DNA of 64,000 nt from Octopus vulgaris (taxonomy: Eukaryota), in assembly GCA_951406725.2 (NCBI GenBank), contig OX597819.1, forward strand, positions 20,646,001-20,710,000, given 5' to 3'. Position 1 is the stretch's first letter. Each line of letters opens with the position of its first letter. Positions 40,536 through 54,133 of this stretch are shown here, piece after piece. The notes under the pieces were generated by a model, which saw nothing but the letters and a program-made list of their open reading frames with translations, was not told the origin of the DNA and searched no databases. The position numbers were made by a program, and so were the translations under genes.

Positions 40536-42059
40536 CTTAATCGTGGTCGATTAGAACTAAGATCGAAAACATTCCGGCCGTAGCCCCACGGGCTAACATG
40601 GTTTATAGAGAGAACTAGTTTCTCTCATGGGATACTCAGCGTAGATTATATATGTCGTTGTTATACTTGAAAGCTACCAGACAAAAGCTTATAATTTTGT
40701 TCGTGTAGAAAATATTGTAGAATTGAAAGAAATGGAATTGCCAACTACACTGCGGCAGAAAAGGAATATTTCAAATCAATGGAATGAGGTGAGATTTTGA
40801 TGCTGGCGTTGTTCTCAGTTGTGAATGTGCAGTCTGACTTTCTAAATTTTAAAGCTGAAAGAATGTGGTTTGAGAGAAGTTTAGTTACTATTCCTAGCAC
40901 GCAAAATATCTCGTATATATTTCTGCCTTGAAGAAGCTGGATACCTCTCCTTTTATTTGTTAAAATAACTCGAGTGTGTTCTGATAAAATTGCAGACACA
41001 CAGACATGGGACTAACTTGCCAGCTGACTAAAATTAAGATGGAGACACGTCGTGATCAGGTTGGGCCACGTTGTTGGTGAGATTGAGAGTTAATTTCTTT
41101 TAACTCCCTCGGGTCTGCATCTATATTTGTTTCTGAGGGATCGGTGTCTTCGACAAGGCCACCCGTATTTGCTTTTCTTGCTATGATAGCTGTTCATACA
41201 CAATAACATGTACACCACATGAATTTCTTTTTTATTTTGTTCTTTTTTTTTGGTTCTGAGAAAGTAATTAAAGGTTGTGAGCTCTTGAACTGTGAACTGG
41301 TATAGTATTGGACACTAATTCTAGATAGAGAGGGTGGTACTTTTATGCTTTGCACTAATATCTAGAGGTGGGCTGGTTGCATATATTTTAATTGCAAAGT
41401 GAAGTGAAAGATACCGATGTCCTTGGTATATGCATATACATACCGAGAGAGAGAGAGAGAATAAAAAGAGAGAGAGAGTAAGAGAAAGGGAGACAGAAAA
41501 GCGAGAGAGAGAGAGAGAGTCATACACACAAACACATACAGTTGTATGTATATATTTTAACTGCATATCTTGCATGCCTTCGCTCTAGGCAATGGAGACA
41601 ATTCTTTTAGCTCCTCACTGTATCTCGTATTCTACACTGAAGCAAACTTATTTGCAGTAATATTTATGTCGTTGAAAATTTGGCACCATGTCGTGGCCGT
41701 TAATAGGAGCAATAGTCCAAGCGACAATGGACAAAAGATTACCAAAATACAAGCCTTAATTCTTTTGACAGTGTTCTGAATGATCACTAAATCCAACCGG
41801 CCAGTCATTTAAACATTACTGCCAAATCAATAGTACACAAACGGAATCATTGCTCATGTGGATTCCCTGGAACACGCCGATTGTAATTCTGAGATTGCAA
41901 TAATTATCCCCGAGACCGTGTGCTCTGATAAAAATGTATTTGTTTATTAAAAGAAAGAATAACATATTATTGTCCTTCTTCGGGACACTTGTGTATTTCG
42001 TTCACCTGTTTCTGAAGTATTGCCTTATTATCAGAGTTGGTTACAGTCTGTAATAGTTT

Positions 42060-42530
42060 TGTACCGTCAGTGAGGTTGGGAAGAGAGACTGACAGTCCGC
42101 CATCAACCGCAAATGGCAGTGGCCCCATCGCAGATCCAGGTGGATTCCACTAAGATGAGAGTACCGTCGGTGGCAGTTACCAGACTTCTACGTTTCAAAA
42201 AGTCACCTAGCCATCCCCTTAAATTTCCAATTATGCTGAGTTCACGCAGCTCGTAATGAACTTTATTGAAATCATTTGCAAAGTCGATATACATCAACAG
42301 CCACATTTTCATGATGGAACTTCACTACTACTCCGTCGTACTGCTCTGTTGGTTGGATGAGAGAGTTCTTTCCTGGACGGAAGACATGTTGCGTGTCAGT
42401 AAGTTAATTTCTTCTAGGAACGTGATCAGCTATTTTCTGACAGTAGATTCCATCATGATTTTGCTGATGTGTGAGGTCAGAGATAGACAGGCATGTGATG
42501 TTTAGCATCTGATGACCTGATCTGCAGATG
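42060..42530 (-). mobile_element. CR1-like RT fragment
   Basis: YIDFANDFNKVH..L..L.IIGNLRGWLGDFLKRR resembles YxDFxKAFDKVxH..GIxGxLxxWIxxFLxxR. Confidence 0.7.
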
Positions 42531-42553
42531 CTAAATATTAACGTGTATACATG

Positions 42554-42613
<60 letters not shown>

Positions 42614-45600
42614 CATACATATAAAGAGGGAGAGAGAGAGTGAGAAGTAGAGAGAGATTTAGATAGAGAGCAGAAGAGAGAGAACGAGAGAAAGGTAGAT
42701 AGTGAGAGGGAGAGAAAAGGTAAATACTGGGGATAGGAAGAGAGAGACAGAGAGGGAGAGACAGACAGAGAGGAAGAAACGCGTACGCAAACACACGTAT
42801 GCACATAAGTTGATAAGTATATTTTCTAACGTGCGTGCTTGTAAGTGAGTTGTCTGATTTTTATGCAACGTTCCACATTATAAGTTAAATGTATAAATGT
42901 ATACATCTTTAAATAACTCTATTATCTCCAGTATATTTAAGCCAGGTTTACAACCTGAGCACATTGGATGTAGAATCTATATTAATATAATCACCACATT
43001 CCTTGTATTAAGAGACAAAATTAGAATATATATCAGCCCTTAATCCCACCTAGAAGTAGAGCACTCTAAAAATATTATTCTTAAACGAAATACTTTATAA
43101 GTACATTCTCTTCTCTATCTTATCTCGATTAGGTGTAAGATTCGTTAGTTGGGTAAATATTTACACAAACAATCGTTTCGCTCCTAATCAAAAGTCATCT
43201 ATTAATTTGAATGTCATGTAACGTGACTATGTCCTCATTTAAAAACGTAAAGTTGAGATTAAATACAAGGAGAGCTAACAACCGAACTATGATAGACAAT
43301 ATATTTGACATGGTGGGCTATAATCATGTAGGTGCTTCCGTTAAGTTGGCTATAGGATTGAATTTGTTTTCTCTCGAGTCTTATGACTCAGAAAGCCAAG
43401 TTTCCGGTTTCCATGATATATAATTGACTAAGATCACAACGGTCCCCGCTGAACGCAAGGTCGAATTGTTGCAGGGTGGAAGGCCAGCAACGGGAAAATC
43501 AATTATATCGCCTCCCAGTACTTGACTGGTTCTTCATGTTATCATCACATAAGTGATGAACAGTAAAGTTGATTCCGATTACTTTGTCCGACATCATGAC
43601 AATTCTTCAAATCCACCATTTTGGAGAAAGCAAAATTTTGGGAAAAATGGATTACAATTTTCCCATCGGGAACTCTTTCCGTCCATTTTTTTTGGTATCT
43701 ATATTAGATATTCCATACACAAAAGAAATAGTTGCTGCTTTCGAATTACATAACGTATAATATTATCAACAATGAGGCCAAAAAACCCCCAGTTCTAACA
43801 GTGATTGACCCATCAATAAGTCCATGGAGCAAACCCTTCCAATTCGTCGTACAATCTCACCTAGATGTGACAGGCACATTAATGATAGTTTTTCAATTGG
43901 TTGTAATTCTGAGAAGGACGTTTTCTACATTCAGATACTAGTATTAAATCAAGTCGTACATCAGTAAAGATATTATTAGATCCTTACCAGCCTCCACCAT
44001 TCTTCTTCGGCCCCACTTTCTATTTCGTTTTAAAATTATTCTCATCAATTTCTCGAATTTATGAGTCAGCGGAGTATTGTCTGTGCTATATACGAGTTGC
44101 TCCTTCTGACAACTAGAACTGGATTTACTAGTGTTTTGATGGTATCAGTGCTTAATATCTAGTTTAACTCTTATCCGGCAGAACCACTATTAAAATACTC
44201 AAGCCATGACCTCCCCAAATATTTACTGACAATTTATCCAGCACGGGATATTCAGAGTTTCCTTCGTTTTTCTAGTTGTGCGTGTGTGTCTTCTACTTTT
44301 AAGGGTCGCTGTATGTTCCGTGTTATGCCAATAGTTATCAATTCAACGCCTTCAGTTTCTCTCAGCTTTGCTTTGAAATATCTCATATATTCTGTTCACA
44401 TATATGTGAGATATTGTGAACACAATACTAACTAATCTGTGTTGTGAAATATTCTGGTAGCCTTGTATTTTGATAAAATAAGTAGAAGCAAATTAATAGC
44501 GGTATGACGAGCATTACGAAGAGCAAATGTACTGTTGACCTTTCTTTTGAATTACAAGCTTCAAGAAGATACAACATCTTATTATGCAGCAGGTTTGCGG
44601 AGGCACATTTCTAACTCCATTTAATGAAGCTGCTGACCTTGCCACGAAAGGGCACTAAATTTTTCTTGCTGTATCGAGGAGAAAATAGGGAACAACTAGT
44701 TGCTATGTTCGTATTTTCTCCCTACGTCATAAACGACGTAATTTGAGTAGATAATGTTGTAACTAAGAAGCTAAAACCCGTTTTCAGTTGTGATTGGACG
44801 AGGAAATTGCCTGTTGCTTATAGGGAACTCACTAGGTTTTAAAAGCATTTTTAATGAGCAGTAAGAAATAAATTGACTGACATTACGCTGTCCAATGAGA
44901 GAAATCTAAAGCCGAAATATCTATGCTGAACAATCTTATAAGAATGGAAAATATCTACTTGTATTATGCTATAAATCAATATTGCTATGCTATTTTTGAA
45001 ATAACCATTTTGATTTCTATAATGTGTGGCGAATAAAACTTGGTGATTTTTAATTGTTTCGCTTGATTTTTTTTTCCACTATTTTCTCTTCGTTCTTTAT
45101 GCTTTTCGTAATTAATCGATTCGAAAATATATTTTCTATTAGTTGCTCGTCATTAATAAGAGATAAATAAGTAGAAAAAATTGCTAATATTAAGTGGCAT
45201 TTAGTGAGGTATTACGTCAACGATATGTAGTTGATTGTTAAAAAAATGAACAACAAAATGAAAAGTTTCAGTTTAAAAAATCGGATGCCGAGTGCAGAAG
45301 AGACAAATTAGATGTTCATATAAAAGCAAAGAAGCAGCTATTTGGCAGAGTTGATGGAGCATTGGTTAAAGTAGTTGGGGTGTATATTTGTTCTGATGTT
45401 CGAAACCCGACTAGATTAAATTTGCCTTCATTATTTGAGAGTCGATTAAAAATAAAAATAAGATCATGTAATGTGGTGTGTGAGTAGAATTGACAAAATC
45501 GAAGTAGATATATTACGTTTTTTTTCTGTTTTTTTGTGTCTCCAAAAGTTTACGTTCAATGATCAAATCCTCTCATAATCTACTGGAGTTACAACCCTAA

Positions 45601-46824
45601 TCGATCGCCGGGTTTAATATGACAACGGGCAAATTAGGTGTTTTTTTTTTATTTTTTTGGAATTCCATTCTACTACAAACATTGCTTCTGGTTTCCTACT
45701 TGAGGATACCACACTACTCAGTAGTGTCACAAAACCAGCATGGGTTGATGTCCACTGCATTCCTTTCTGCTTCAAAATGAAAGACAAATACTTGTGGTCC
45801 CAGTTGACTACACAATAAAGATCATTCGCGCTTGATGACACCCCTACAACACCCTCAAAAACGGGAAAAGGTAGGAATCCAATCGGCTTGTTAGAAAATA
45901 TTGCCATATTTCCTTCAAAATACGCCTACAAAACTGACAGAACATATCACTTTTTGGCCCAATGAGAAACTGTCTGCACAGTTGCTTTATCAGTTGCTTT
46001 ATCTCATAGAAATAACACCTCAATCGCTCTTAGCTCTCTCCCTAAAGTCTTAAAGCTAACAAGGCACATGAGACAATATATCTGTGGTATGATCACAGCA
46101 TGTTATCTTTGATAATATGTTCCCTTGGACATGTAGTACTAAAGCTAAATATCATCAAAAACATAGTTTTACTTACAATAATTTCTTCTTTTCTTCTTCA
46201 ATTCACAATGCCATGTTGTGAATCTATTTAATCAAACTAAATTTTTCTGTTGTTTTAACCAAGCCACTTTATTGGGTAGGGCTACATTCGATTCATGTTA
46301 TTCTGTGTACTACTAAGAATTGATGAAACTCTGTAGATAAGCAGGTAAAAGGACCCTAACGACACAATTAGCATGTGAATTCACGAATTTGATAACCAGA
46401 AAAAAAAAGGATACCCATATTTCGTTTTTTTTAAATTTGGTTTGGGAAATTATTTATGAGAACTCGTGTATTGAAAATTATTTTGTTGTATCTCGGGAAG
46501 GTCGAAACTAGTTAATTAATTGATTGACAGAATGTTTATTATAGTAATTGAGTAATTAATTAGTTACATAATTAATCAAGTGAACACGAGGTACAAAAAA
46601 ATGAGTCTAGTAACAAGTAATGTTATAGTCCCAATCTCGTATTCAAATGCGTGATGGTACTATGCTTTCTCAATCCAGACTGAATAAGTTTAAATGCCCA
46701 TTATGATCATTGTCGTCGTCATCATAAGCATCATAAGAACGAAAGTTTTTCACTAACCTCAAGCGTGATCACTTGATCCAAACATCTGGTTCCCTTCTAG
46801 AGACAGAAACCTGGACTTTAGTGG

Positions 46825-46965
46825 GAAGCATTTAGTCGAGAACATTCACCCCAGAGCACAAATTATATTTATTTTATCGAACTTGAAATGATGAAAGGTA
46901 AAGTCCACTTCGGTGGAATTTGAACTGGGAACGGAAAGACGGACGAAACGCCATTAAACATTTTG
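46825..46965 (-). mobile_element. SINE family 2 fragment
   Basis: gatgaaaggtaaagtccacttcggtggaatttgaact matches the family reverse complement. Confidence 0.65.
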
Positions 46966-47147
46966 TCAAAAAAAAAAGAAAACGCATGGAAAGAAAAAAA
47001 TGTACGGTCAGTTTGCAAGAGGTGTGAACGCCAAGACTGATAGAGAGGACCGGTGTCTATGGATGAGGAGTCCTGGGGAAATTTCGAATCTGGGTTCTCA
47101 TTCGTAAGGTATTTTTCGATGTTCTTCTACTTATTGTTGTTCAGGTC

Positions 47148-47217
47148 ACTGTTTGGAATCAAACTCGGAATCTTGATGTTAAAAGCCCGCGCTTTCAACC
47201 ATTAAGCCATATACCCG
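47148..47217 (-). other. tRNA-derived (Pol III promoter-like) sequence, not a functional tRNA gene
   Basis: Minus strand A-box TGGCTTAATGG and B-box-like GTTTGATTCC; no complete acceptor stem seen. Confidence 0.6.
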
Positions 47218-47239
47218 TGTGCAATTATGGAATGAAGTT

Positions 47240-47700
47240 TATAAATCTAATATTTTTCTATCCTTCCTCAATACTAGTTCCCATATGCTATTCATATCTG
47301 CACTCGGTGTGCTTAGGAGGTTGTTGTGTCCTAACATATGTACTGCTTCTTTTAGTTTTCGTATTTTCCAGTGGTGTTCTCTGTCTATTATTTTAACTTC
47401 ATCCTACAAGGGAGGTAGTCTCCATTTTCCCATACATGATCAGCTATACCTGATTTATCAATATCTCCTCGTGTCACAGCTTTGCGATGTTCGTCTACCG
47501 TTATTTTGAGGGGGTGGCATGTTTCGCCTTTGTATAACCTACCACAGCCGCATGGGATGGAATACACATAGTCTTTGGTCATATTCTCTTCTACTGGTGG
47601 TTTTGCTCGAAGGAGATATTTGCCAAGTGTTGTTTTACTCGGGAATACTGTCCTGATGTCATAAAGACCGCTAATCTTTTGTATCTTTTGTATATCCGTC
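47240..47700 (-). mobile_element. Penelope/Poseidon-type PLE 3' end (linker + GIY-YIG)
   Basis: DIRTVFPSKTTLGKYL..VYSIPCGCGRLYKGET..EHRKAV..KSGIADHVW..EHHWKIRKLKEA. Confidence 0.85.
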
Positions 47701-47869
47701 GAATGTAAATAATGTAAATAATGTACATAATTCCTTATCTCTTAAATATAGATCAGGAAAAAGCGTTATGACTAGACAACCCTACCGATAGCGACAAATG
47801 CAGAATGTGTGGTGAGAGGGGTGAAATGGTATGACACATCGTTAGCAATGCCTGAAATTGGCACAACGT

Positions 47870-48450
47870 GAATACAAATGACGCCATGACAGTGTGGAAA
47901 GAATGGTCCATTGGGAGCCCTGTGAAAACCACAGCCTACATAGAGCAAAGGTGTGGTATGCACAAACTCCAGAATGTCACCGGAAATGAGAATTACACAA
48001 TCCCGTGGGAGTCAATGTCCAGTGTGTTCACCCGACAAGAGAGTGGAAAACTGACTTTGTTGTGGTGAATAAAAAAGCAAGAACATGTACGATAATCTTC
48101 ATAGCAAGCCCCGGTGGCAACAAGATCAATGGGAAACAAGAAAAAATAAAGGACTATGACGCTTAGGAGTAGGAAATGCAAAGGTTGTGGTCAATGAAGA
48201 GAGTAGACGGGATATCAATGGTAATTGGTGCACCTGGAGGCATCAGCACTCAACTACCAACATGGCTGAAAAATATAAGTGCACGTGAGAAGGTTGAACA
48301 CTTACAAAAATCAGCATTGCTTGGAACTGCAAGAATTCTTCGCAGGGTTCATGAAGCATGATCAGTAATCAATTGTCCCCTTGGTCTGCTGGCTTTGGAC
48401 AGCTGACACTTTCCATCATACCCAAGAAAATAAACTGTGAGATTTCATAT
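47870..48450 (+). mobile_element. R4/Dong-type non-LTR retrotransposon 3' end (restriction-like endonuclease C-terminus)
   Basis: EMQRLWSMK..ISMVIGAPG..HLQKSALLGTARILRRV, followed directly by an (AAT)n tract (48452-48501). Confidence 0.8.
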
Positions 48451-48451
48451 G

Positions 48452-48502
<51 letters not shown>

Positions 48503-49072
48503 TCCTGATGCAGTACCATGCAGTGGCTTTCATGGCTTCTGATTTTAACTGATTGGAAGAGTTATCATGTACATTGTTTTGTGTTGGTATAAAATATGGG
48601 CTACAGCAAATATTCTGCTCAATACCACAGAGTTACTCGTCAGTTGTTTGACCTTAACCAGTTGTCCACCAAACAACCTCTTTCACTACAGCCACCAGAC
48701 AAAGGAAAGCTGCCTAGCCTGACCGATGAAAGAGAACGGCGGAGCAATTATCACTACAGACTCGGCTGGCAGACGGATCCGTCCAACACGGGACAACAGT
48801 TGTTCGGCATAAATCCACAAGTCAGCAATGGCTGGACACTGAACGGTAGCACTGCCAGACGAAGGACATCTGGAAATTAACCATGAACGTTCCCGACCGG
48901 AAGATCCTCCGGAAGTGACTAGCAAGTTCGTTCTCGTCGGCACCCAGAGTCTCCCCGGGAACGACATTGCACTTCCCCGCTACTAATCCTCTATAAATTT
49001 CTAACGCGGAACAGCCACCTATACCATTACCCGACTGGCAGATGGCTGTGAGCGCTTGACAGCATGCCAGGC

Positions 49073-49266
49073 TTTCTACTATAGACACGAGGTCTGAAAT
49101 TTTGCAGGATCTTACAAGTCGATTACAGCGACCCCAGTGCGTAAATGGTACTTATTTCATCGACCCCGCAAGGATGAAATGTAAAGTTGCCACTGGCGTA
49201 ATTTGAACTCAGAACTTGACGTGCATTTTGTCCTGTGCGCTAACTGTTCTACAAACTTTCCGCCTT
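49073..49266 (-). mobile_element. SINE family 2
   Basis: tttctactatagacacgaggtctgaaattt..accccagt..ggtacttatttcatcgacccc..atttgaactcagaac. Confidence 0.75.
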
Positions 49267-51199
49267 ATGTATTCTAATTGACCAACATATCCGTCCCTAC
49301 TGACATCTAGATAGGCCTTCAAAATCGTCTCCGAAGCTTGCCTAAACATCATGTTATTTTGGTTCGTTTCTATATGATGACTTTTCTCACATATTCTTTG
49401 TCTTACTGGCAACGTGGATGTCTTCCTGCTGGTGTATTGATCAACTGATGTAGGTCCCTATCGAGTTGATTTTTTTATCTGTATTTATCTGACACCGTGA
49501 GACAAAAAATTCTGATGAATATGTGTGTAGCAAACGTCGAGAGACACAACCAGGTACGTAGGCACAATCTGTACCAAAATACATGAAGCAATCCCGTGTG
49601 CATTTAATAATTAATAATTCTGATAAGCATATACTGTTTATTAGACGTATGCAGTCAGTCTTATATACGTTATCGTAAGAGTTGACAGTTCTCTTTCCGA
49701 TAGTAATCAGCTTGATAGTATTTTAATATAGAATTGTGTAGTTAAGAACCACCTCATGGTACCTATTTATATCAAGGTGTTATGGGTTAGCAAGTGGATG
49801 AGTGTAAACGAGCTAATAATACATCTTGACACCAGTATACACGAAAGTTAATATAATGTAGCATAACACGGCAGAGAGTAGTGAAATATGATTAATATAA
49901 TATACTCTAATATAATGTAATGAATGCAACATAAAAATAATATAATACAAGTGGTTGATATTTATTGATTAATTAGGAAACTCATTTCTTATTAATTTTA
50001 GTTAGGTGTTAGATATTTAATTTATCTATCACATGTTAGTTATATATTTAATTTATCTACAAATTTCTATAGGAATATTGGTTTCAATGCATATGATCTA
50101 ATATTCCATTCATAATACATCATATTTAAGTTTTTTTTTTCTCTTCTATGTTCGGATATTAAAAAATGTTGATGCCATTCACAGAGCAAGTTGTTTGTTG
50201 CAAAAGGAAATTAGATTTCTACAGACAACAATACACCTGTCAGATGCGATTTTTTTCCTCCTCTCTCTCTTCTATATTTGGGATGAAATATTGTATGAAT
50301 GAAATGATTAAATAAATAGAAATACACAACTTTCTTATGCATTTTTTTTTTTAATCATAAATGTCCATGTTGTCTACAGGGACATTCGGATTAACTTGGA
50401 CTATATTCTGAAACGCGACCTGCACATTATATGAAGCACACACACATAAATACGCACACACATACACTCATACACAGGCACAATTACGCGCATTCGTGAC
50501 CAAGCACACACATATTTTATTACTTTAAACAGCATGTACGAATTACTTTAAATGCATATTAAACTGAACTTAATGTTTTGCAGTTTTGAGGCTTCGAAAG
50601 CTGCACAAATATAAATTATTTCTCTGTGGACATGTCTTCCTCAGTAACAATTAATTAATTGAATTAACGGCTAGTAAAGTATTATCTATGCAAATCAATT
50701 TAATTCAATTATTGAAACTCGTAAGTTGAATAGCTATAAATAGTATAATCTATACATTTATTCTGTGAATAGAATGTAGCTGTTTGACTTCTTAAACAAA
50801 ACCATGTCAAATTATTTCCCCTTCTTACCTTTTCATCTGAGAGATATGAAAAGAAATTTCGTTATATTTCATTGAATTCTACCACTGTAACAAATTCTCT
50901 TGGAAACTTAGATAAAATTGTCTCTACTTGCAGTTTAATGCAACAATAAATACTGAAAAATAAATTTTACTGAGCTTATTATTGTCCTCTAGATAAAGTA
51001 AAATACAAAAAAGACCCCACAACAGCAGAAAAAAAAGCAAATAAGAACGTACTCATACATATGTATTGCCTTAATTTTTCCATTTTTGTGATACCAAACA
51101 TACGTGTGTTTTTGGATTTTTGTGTGGGAATACACACGCGCACACGCGTGCTCCCACACACACACACACACTCACACACAAGCACATGCAATATGTATA

Positions 51200-51700
51200 T
51201 TCTTTTACTTGTTTTATAGGACTGTGGCCAAATTGTGGCGCCACCTTTTACGTTTTAGTCAAACAACTCAATCCCAAAACGCCCATCGCTTTTGTCGAGC
51301 TGCTCAGTCACGTTAATGTAAACAAATCTACATAAAATTCCGAGTGCTGGAGGAGGAGAAAGCGAGGTGCAAAGGCATCTTCACATCTAAAGGTCAGCTT
51401 TGTCTCACCGTCACCTGCCGAACGATGCCTTAGGAGTGAATCTGGTAGACAGAAACAGTATGGAAGACCTTTGTATATATCATGTGTGTGTACGTGTCTT
51501 AGTGTGTGTGATTTTGTGTTTATGTTTAACACTCTACGACTTCACAACTAGTTGGTTTGTTTACGTCCAAGTAATGAAGCGTTCAGATAACAGGCAAGTG
51601 ATAGATTAACTACCACATTTTAAAAACTAAGTAGTGAGGTTGATATTTTCGACTAATCCCTTCAAGGCGAGAATTCAAAATGGCCCTGCAAAACAAACAA
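51200..51700. mobile_element. Two degenerate SINE family 1 pieces in opposite orientation
   Basis: ttttacttgttt..actgtggcc (minus tail, 51200-51280) and gccttaggagtgaatctggtagacagaaac..ttcaaggcg (plus, 51420-51690). Confidence 0.55.
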
Positions 51701-51830
51701 ACATATTTGAGAATATGTCACTGTATATATATATATGAGAATACATCTATTTACATATGTGCACGCGCGAGTATGAATATATAGGTAAAACTTACCTGGA
51801 AGTGGATGCGTATGCACGTATGTATGTATG

Positions 51831-51869
<39 letters not shown>

Positions 51870-51872
51870 ATA

Positions 51873-51925
<53 letters not shown>

Positions 51926-51939
51926 ATATATATTTGTGT

Positions 51940-51976
<37 letters not shown>

Positions 51977-51979
51977 GAG

Positions 51980-52070
51980 AATTTGCAAAATAAAAAGACG
52001 AAGACGAGCGTGTAAACAACGAACAGATGTATTAGCTTAACGCTCAGGAAGTGAGAAAGCCTTTTACGTT
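51980..52070 (-). mobile_element. 5'-truncated GAAACGT pLTR-like repeat ending in (TA)n
   Basis: Reverse complement cgaaacgtaaaaggctttctcacttcctgagcgttaagctaatacatctg matches 21411-21510. Confidence 0.7.
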
Positions 52071-52679
52071 TCGTTCCTGCAGCTGAAGATTGTTCTACAT
52101 TTTAAAACTGATGTAATACTTGCATCGTTTAATTAAACGAAATCGCATGCAATGATAGTCCTGCATTACATTTGAATATCCTTGTTGCCTAGTTTGATTA
52201 TATATATATATATATAATATGAAAGAGAATGCAATTCACGAGACTATTATTGACTACGATCGTTTCGACCTATCATGCATTGGTGCCGCTCGGGTGAAAT
52301 ACTGTACAAACCATTGTGGGACATCATAGGTGCGGTTGTATTTCGCCAGGTGATATGTCAGAACGGTACGTCACTTTTTCATTTCCGTTTAATTTATTTC
52401 GATTAGAATACATTTTAGTGGTTGTAGCACGCAACTTGTATACACGTGAAACTTGGTTTATAATGAAGAACACTTCTCGCATATGCACCAAAGTGACTTA
52501 CACAAATCAAAAGAATCTGAAATTAATATAAACCAATCAATCAAATAAAATACTTTACACTGATGATGTAAAATGCTTAAAACAAGCAAAAAATAAAACA
52601 ACCCAAGACAGAAGGAAAGACAAAATCGGACATTCAAATTGACACTAAGCTACCTTTAGATTTTTACGAAGCAAAAATT

Positions 52680-52842
52680 TATATATATAATTGATAGAAA
52701 TTCATATATAGCCATATATAATTTATATATATATATTATTGATATAGATTTATATATAGACATATATAATTTATATATATATATATATATATTATTGATA
52801 TAGATTTATATATAGACATATATAATTTATATATAGACATAC
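52680..52842. repeat. AT-rich minisatellite, unit about 50-56 bp
   Basis: tattattgatatagatttatatatagacatatataattta repeated about 3 times. Confidence 0.8.
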
Positions 52843-53169
52843 GCACATAAAAATATATTCGCTTATTAGCATTTCTAGTTTAGTCAGACATCCGTCGTGA
52901 GGCAGATGTTTGTTTCAAGACAATATAATAGGCATGATATCAAAATTGTATCTTATGTATGTAAAGTTCCGCTCATTTGTACATACCACCATAAGCAACG
53001 ACTGACTTTATACTGCTTGCTTGAAAGACTGTACGTTGACACACGTATACTTGTTATGTCTATGCGTGTCAGAAGATAGAGAGGAGGGAAGCTGTGCTTA
53101 CATCGAACGGGCTTTAAACAACATACTACGCGGTTTATACCCACATTTAGAAACATTACATTTATACAT

Positions 53170-53227
<58 letters not shown>

Positions 53228-53526
53228 ATATATATATATATATATATATATCATATGTGAATATATATTTACATATTTATAAATGCCCATCCTGCCTCTC
53301 TGTCACTCTATCTCTGTCTATTTATCTATATATGAATGCATCTGTCTGCCTTTCCGAAATGTTTTCACTAAGGAGGATTTTATGAACGACAAGTTTCCAA
53401 TACTAATAGGCACTAGCTCCTTTCTATAAAATACTAACGTTCCATCACCTTGTTGACACGGTCAACTTAACAAGGTTTTGTCGTATCCACTTGCAAGTAA
53501 TTTATATATATATATATATATATATG

Positions 53527-53765
53527 CAGGTTTGGTCAAACTTCACCTGACAGCAAATCAACACTATTTAATTCCAGGATTTATTCGTGTCTAACAAGTG
53601 AATACATTTGATAGAAACATCTAAACATGAAATATCATCAAACTTGTTCAAACTGAATTTCTTCCTGAACGACCACATTTTCTCATTTGAGTCAATGCAG
53701 ATACGAAATAACATATAGTATTTTTGGAATTTTCATTTACTGCCGGATTATTCTGGTCAACCCTG
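53527..53765. mobile_element. Possible Tc1/mariner-type MITE remnant
   Basis: Imperfect TIRs caggtttggtcaaa / ttctggtcaaccctg, embedded in TA repeats. Confidence 0.3.
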
Positions 53766-54016
53766 TGTATATATATATATATATATATATACAAGGATAA
53801 GATCGTTAATTAATTATCGATCTTATGAAGTAGCCAGCATGGGAATAAAGAACTTCAAAGGTAATATTTATTATTAAAATAATAATTTAGGGTATTTAAG
53901 AGATACCTCCACGATAGAAATAGCAGTCAAAACTTGACTCTAAAATCACATTAAATGTTCATAGACCACTAGGAGAGAAGACAAAAGGACAAGATAAACT
54001 AGCAAAAAAACATTTA

Positions 54017-54089
54017 CTGGATAATTCCAGATACCGGATTTCTGACTTTGCATAACAAATGCTTTGCCTCATCAGTGGAATATACTCAG
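54017..54089 (-). ncRNA. Type I hammerhead ribozyme motif, intact core, CCGG-family
   Basis: Minus strand: attcca CTGATGA ggc-aaa-gcat-ttgtt-atgc-aaa-gtc-a GAAA t-ccggt-a TC tggaat; 6-bp stem I (extendable), AUC triplet; base of stem II imperfect. Confidence 0.6.
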
Positions 54090-54101
54090 ATAGTAATATA
54101 A

Positions 54102-54133
<32 letters not shown>

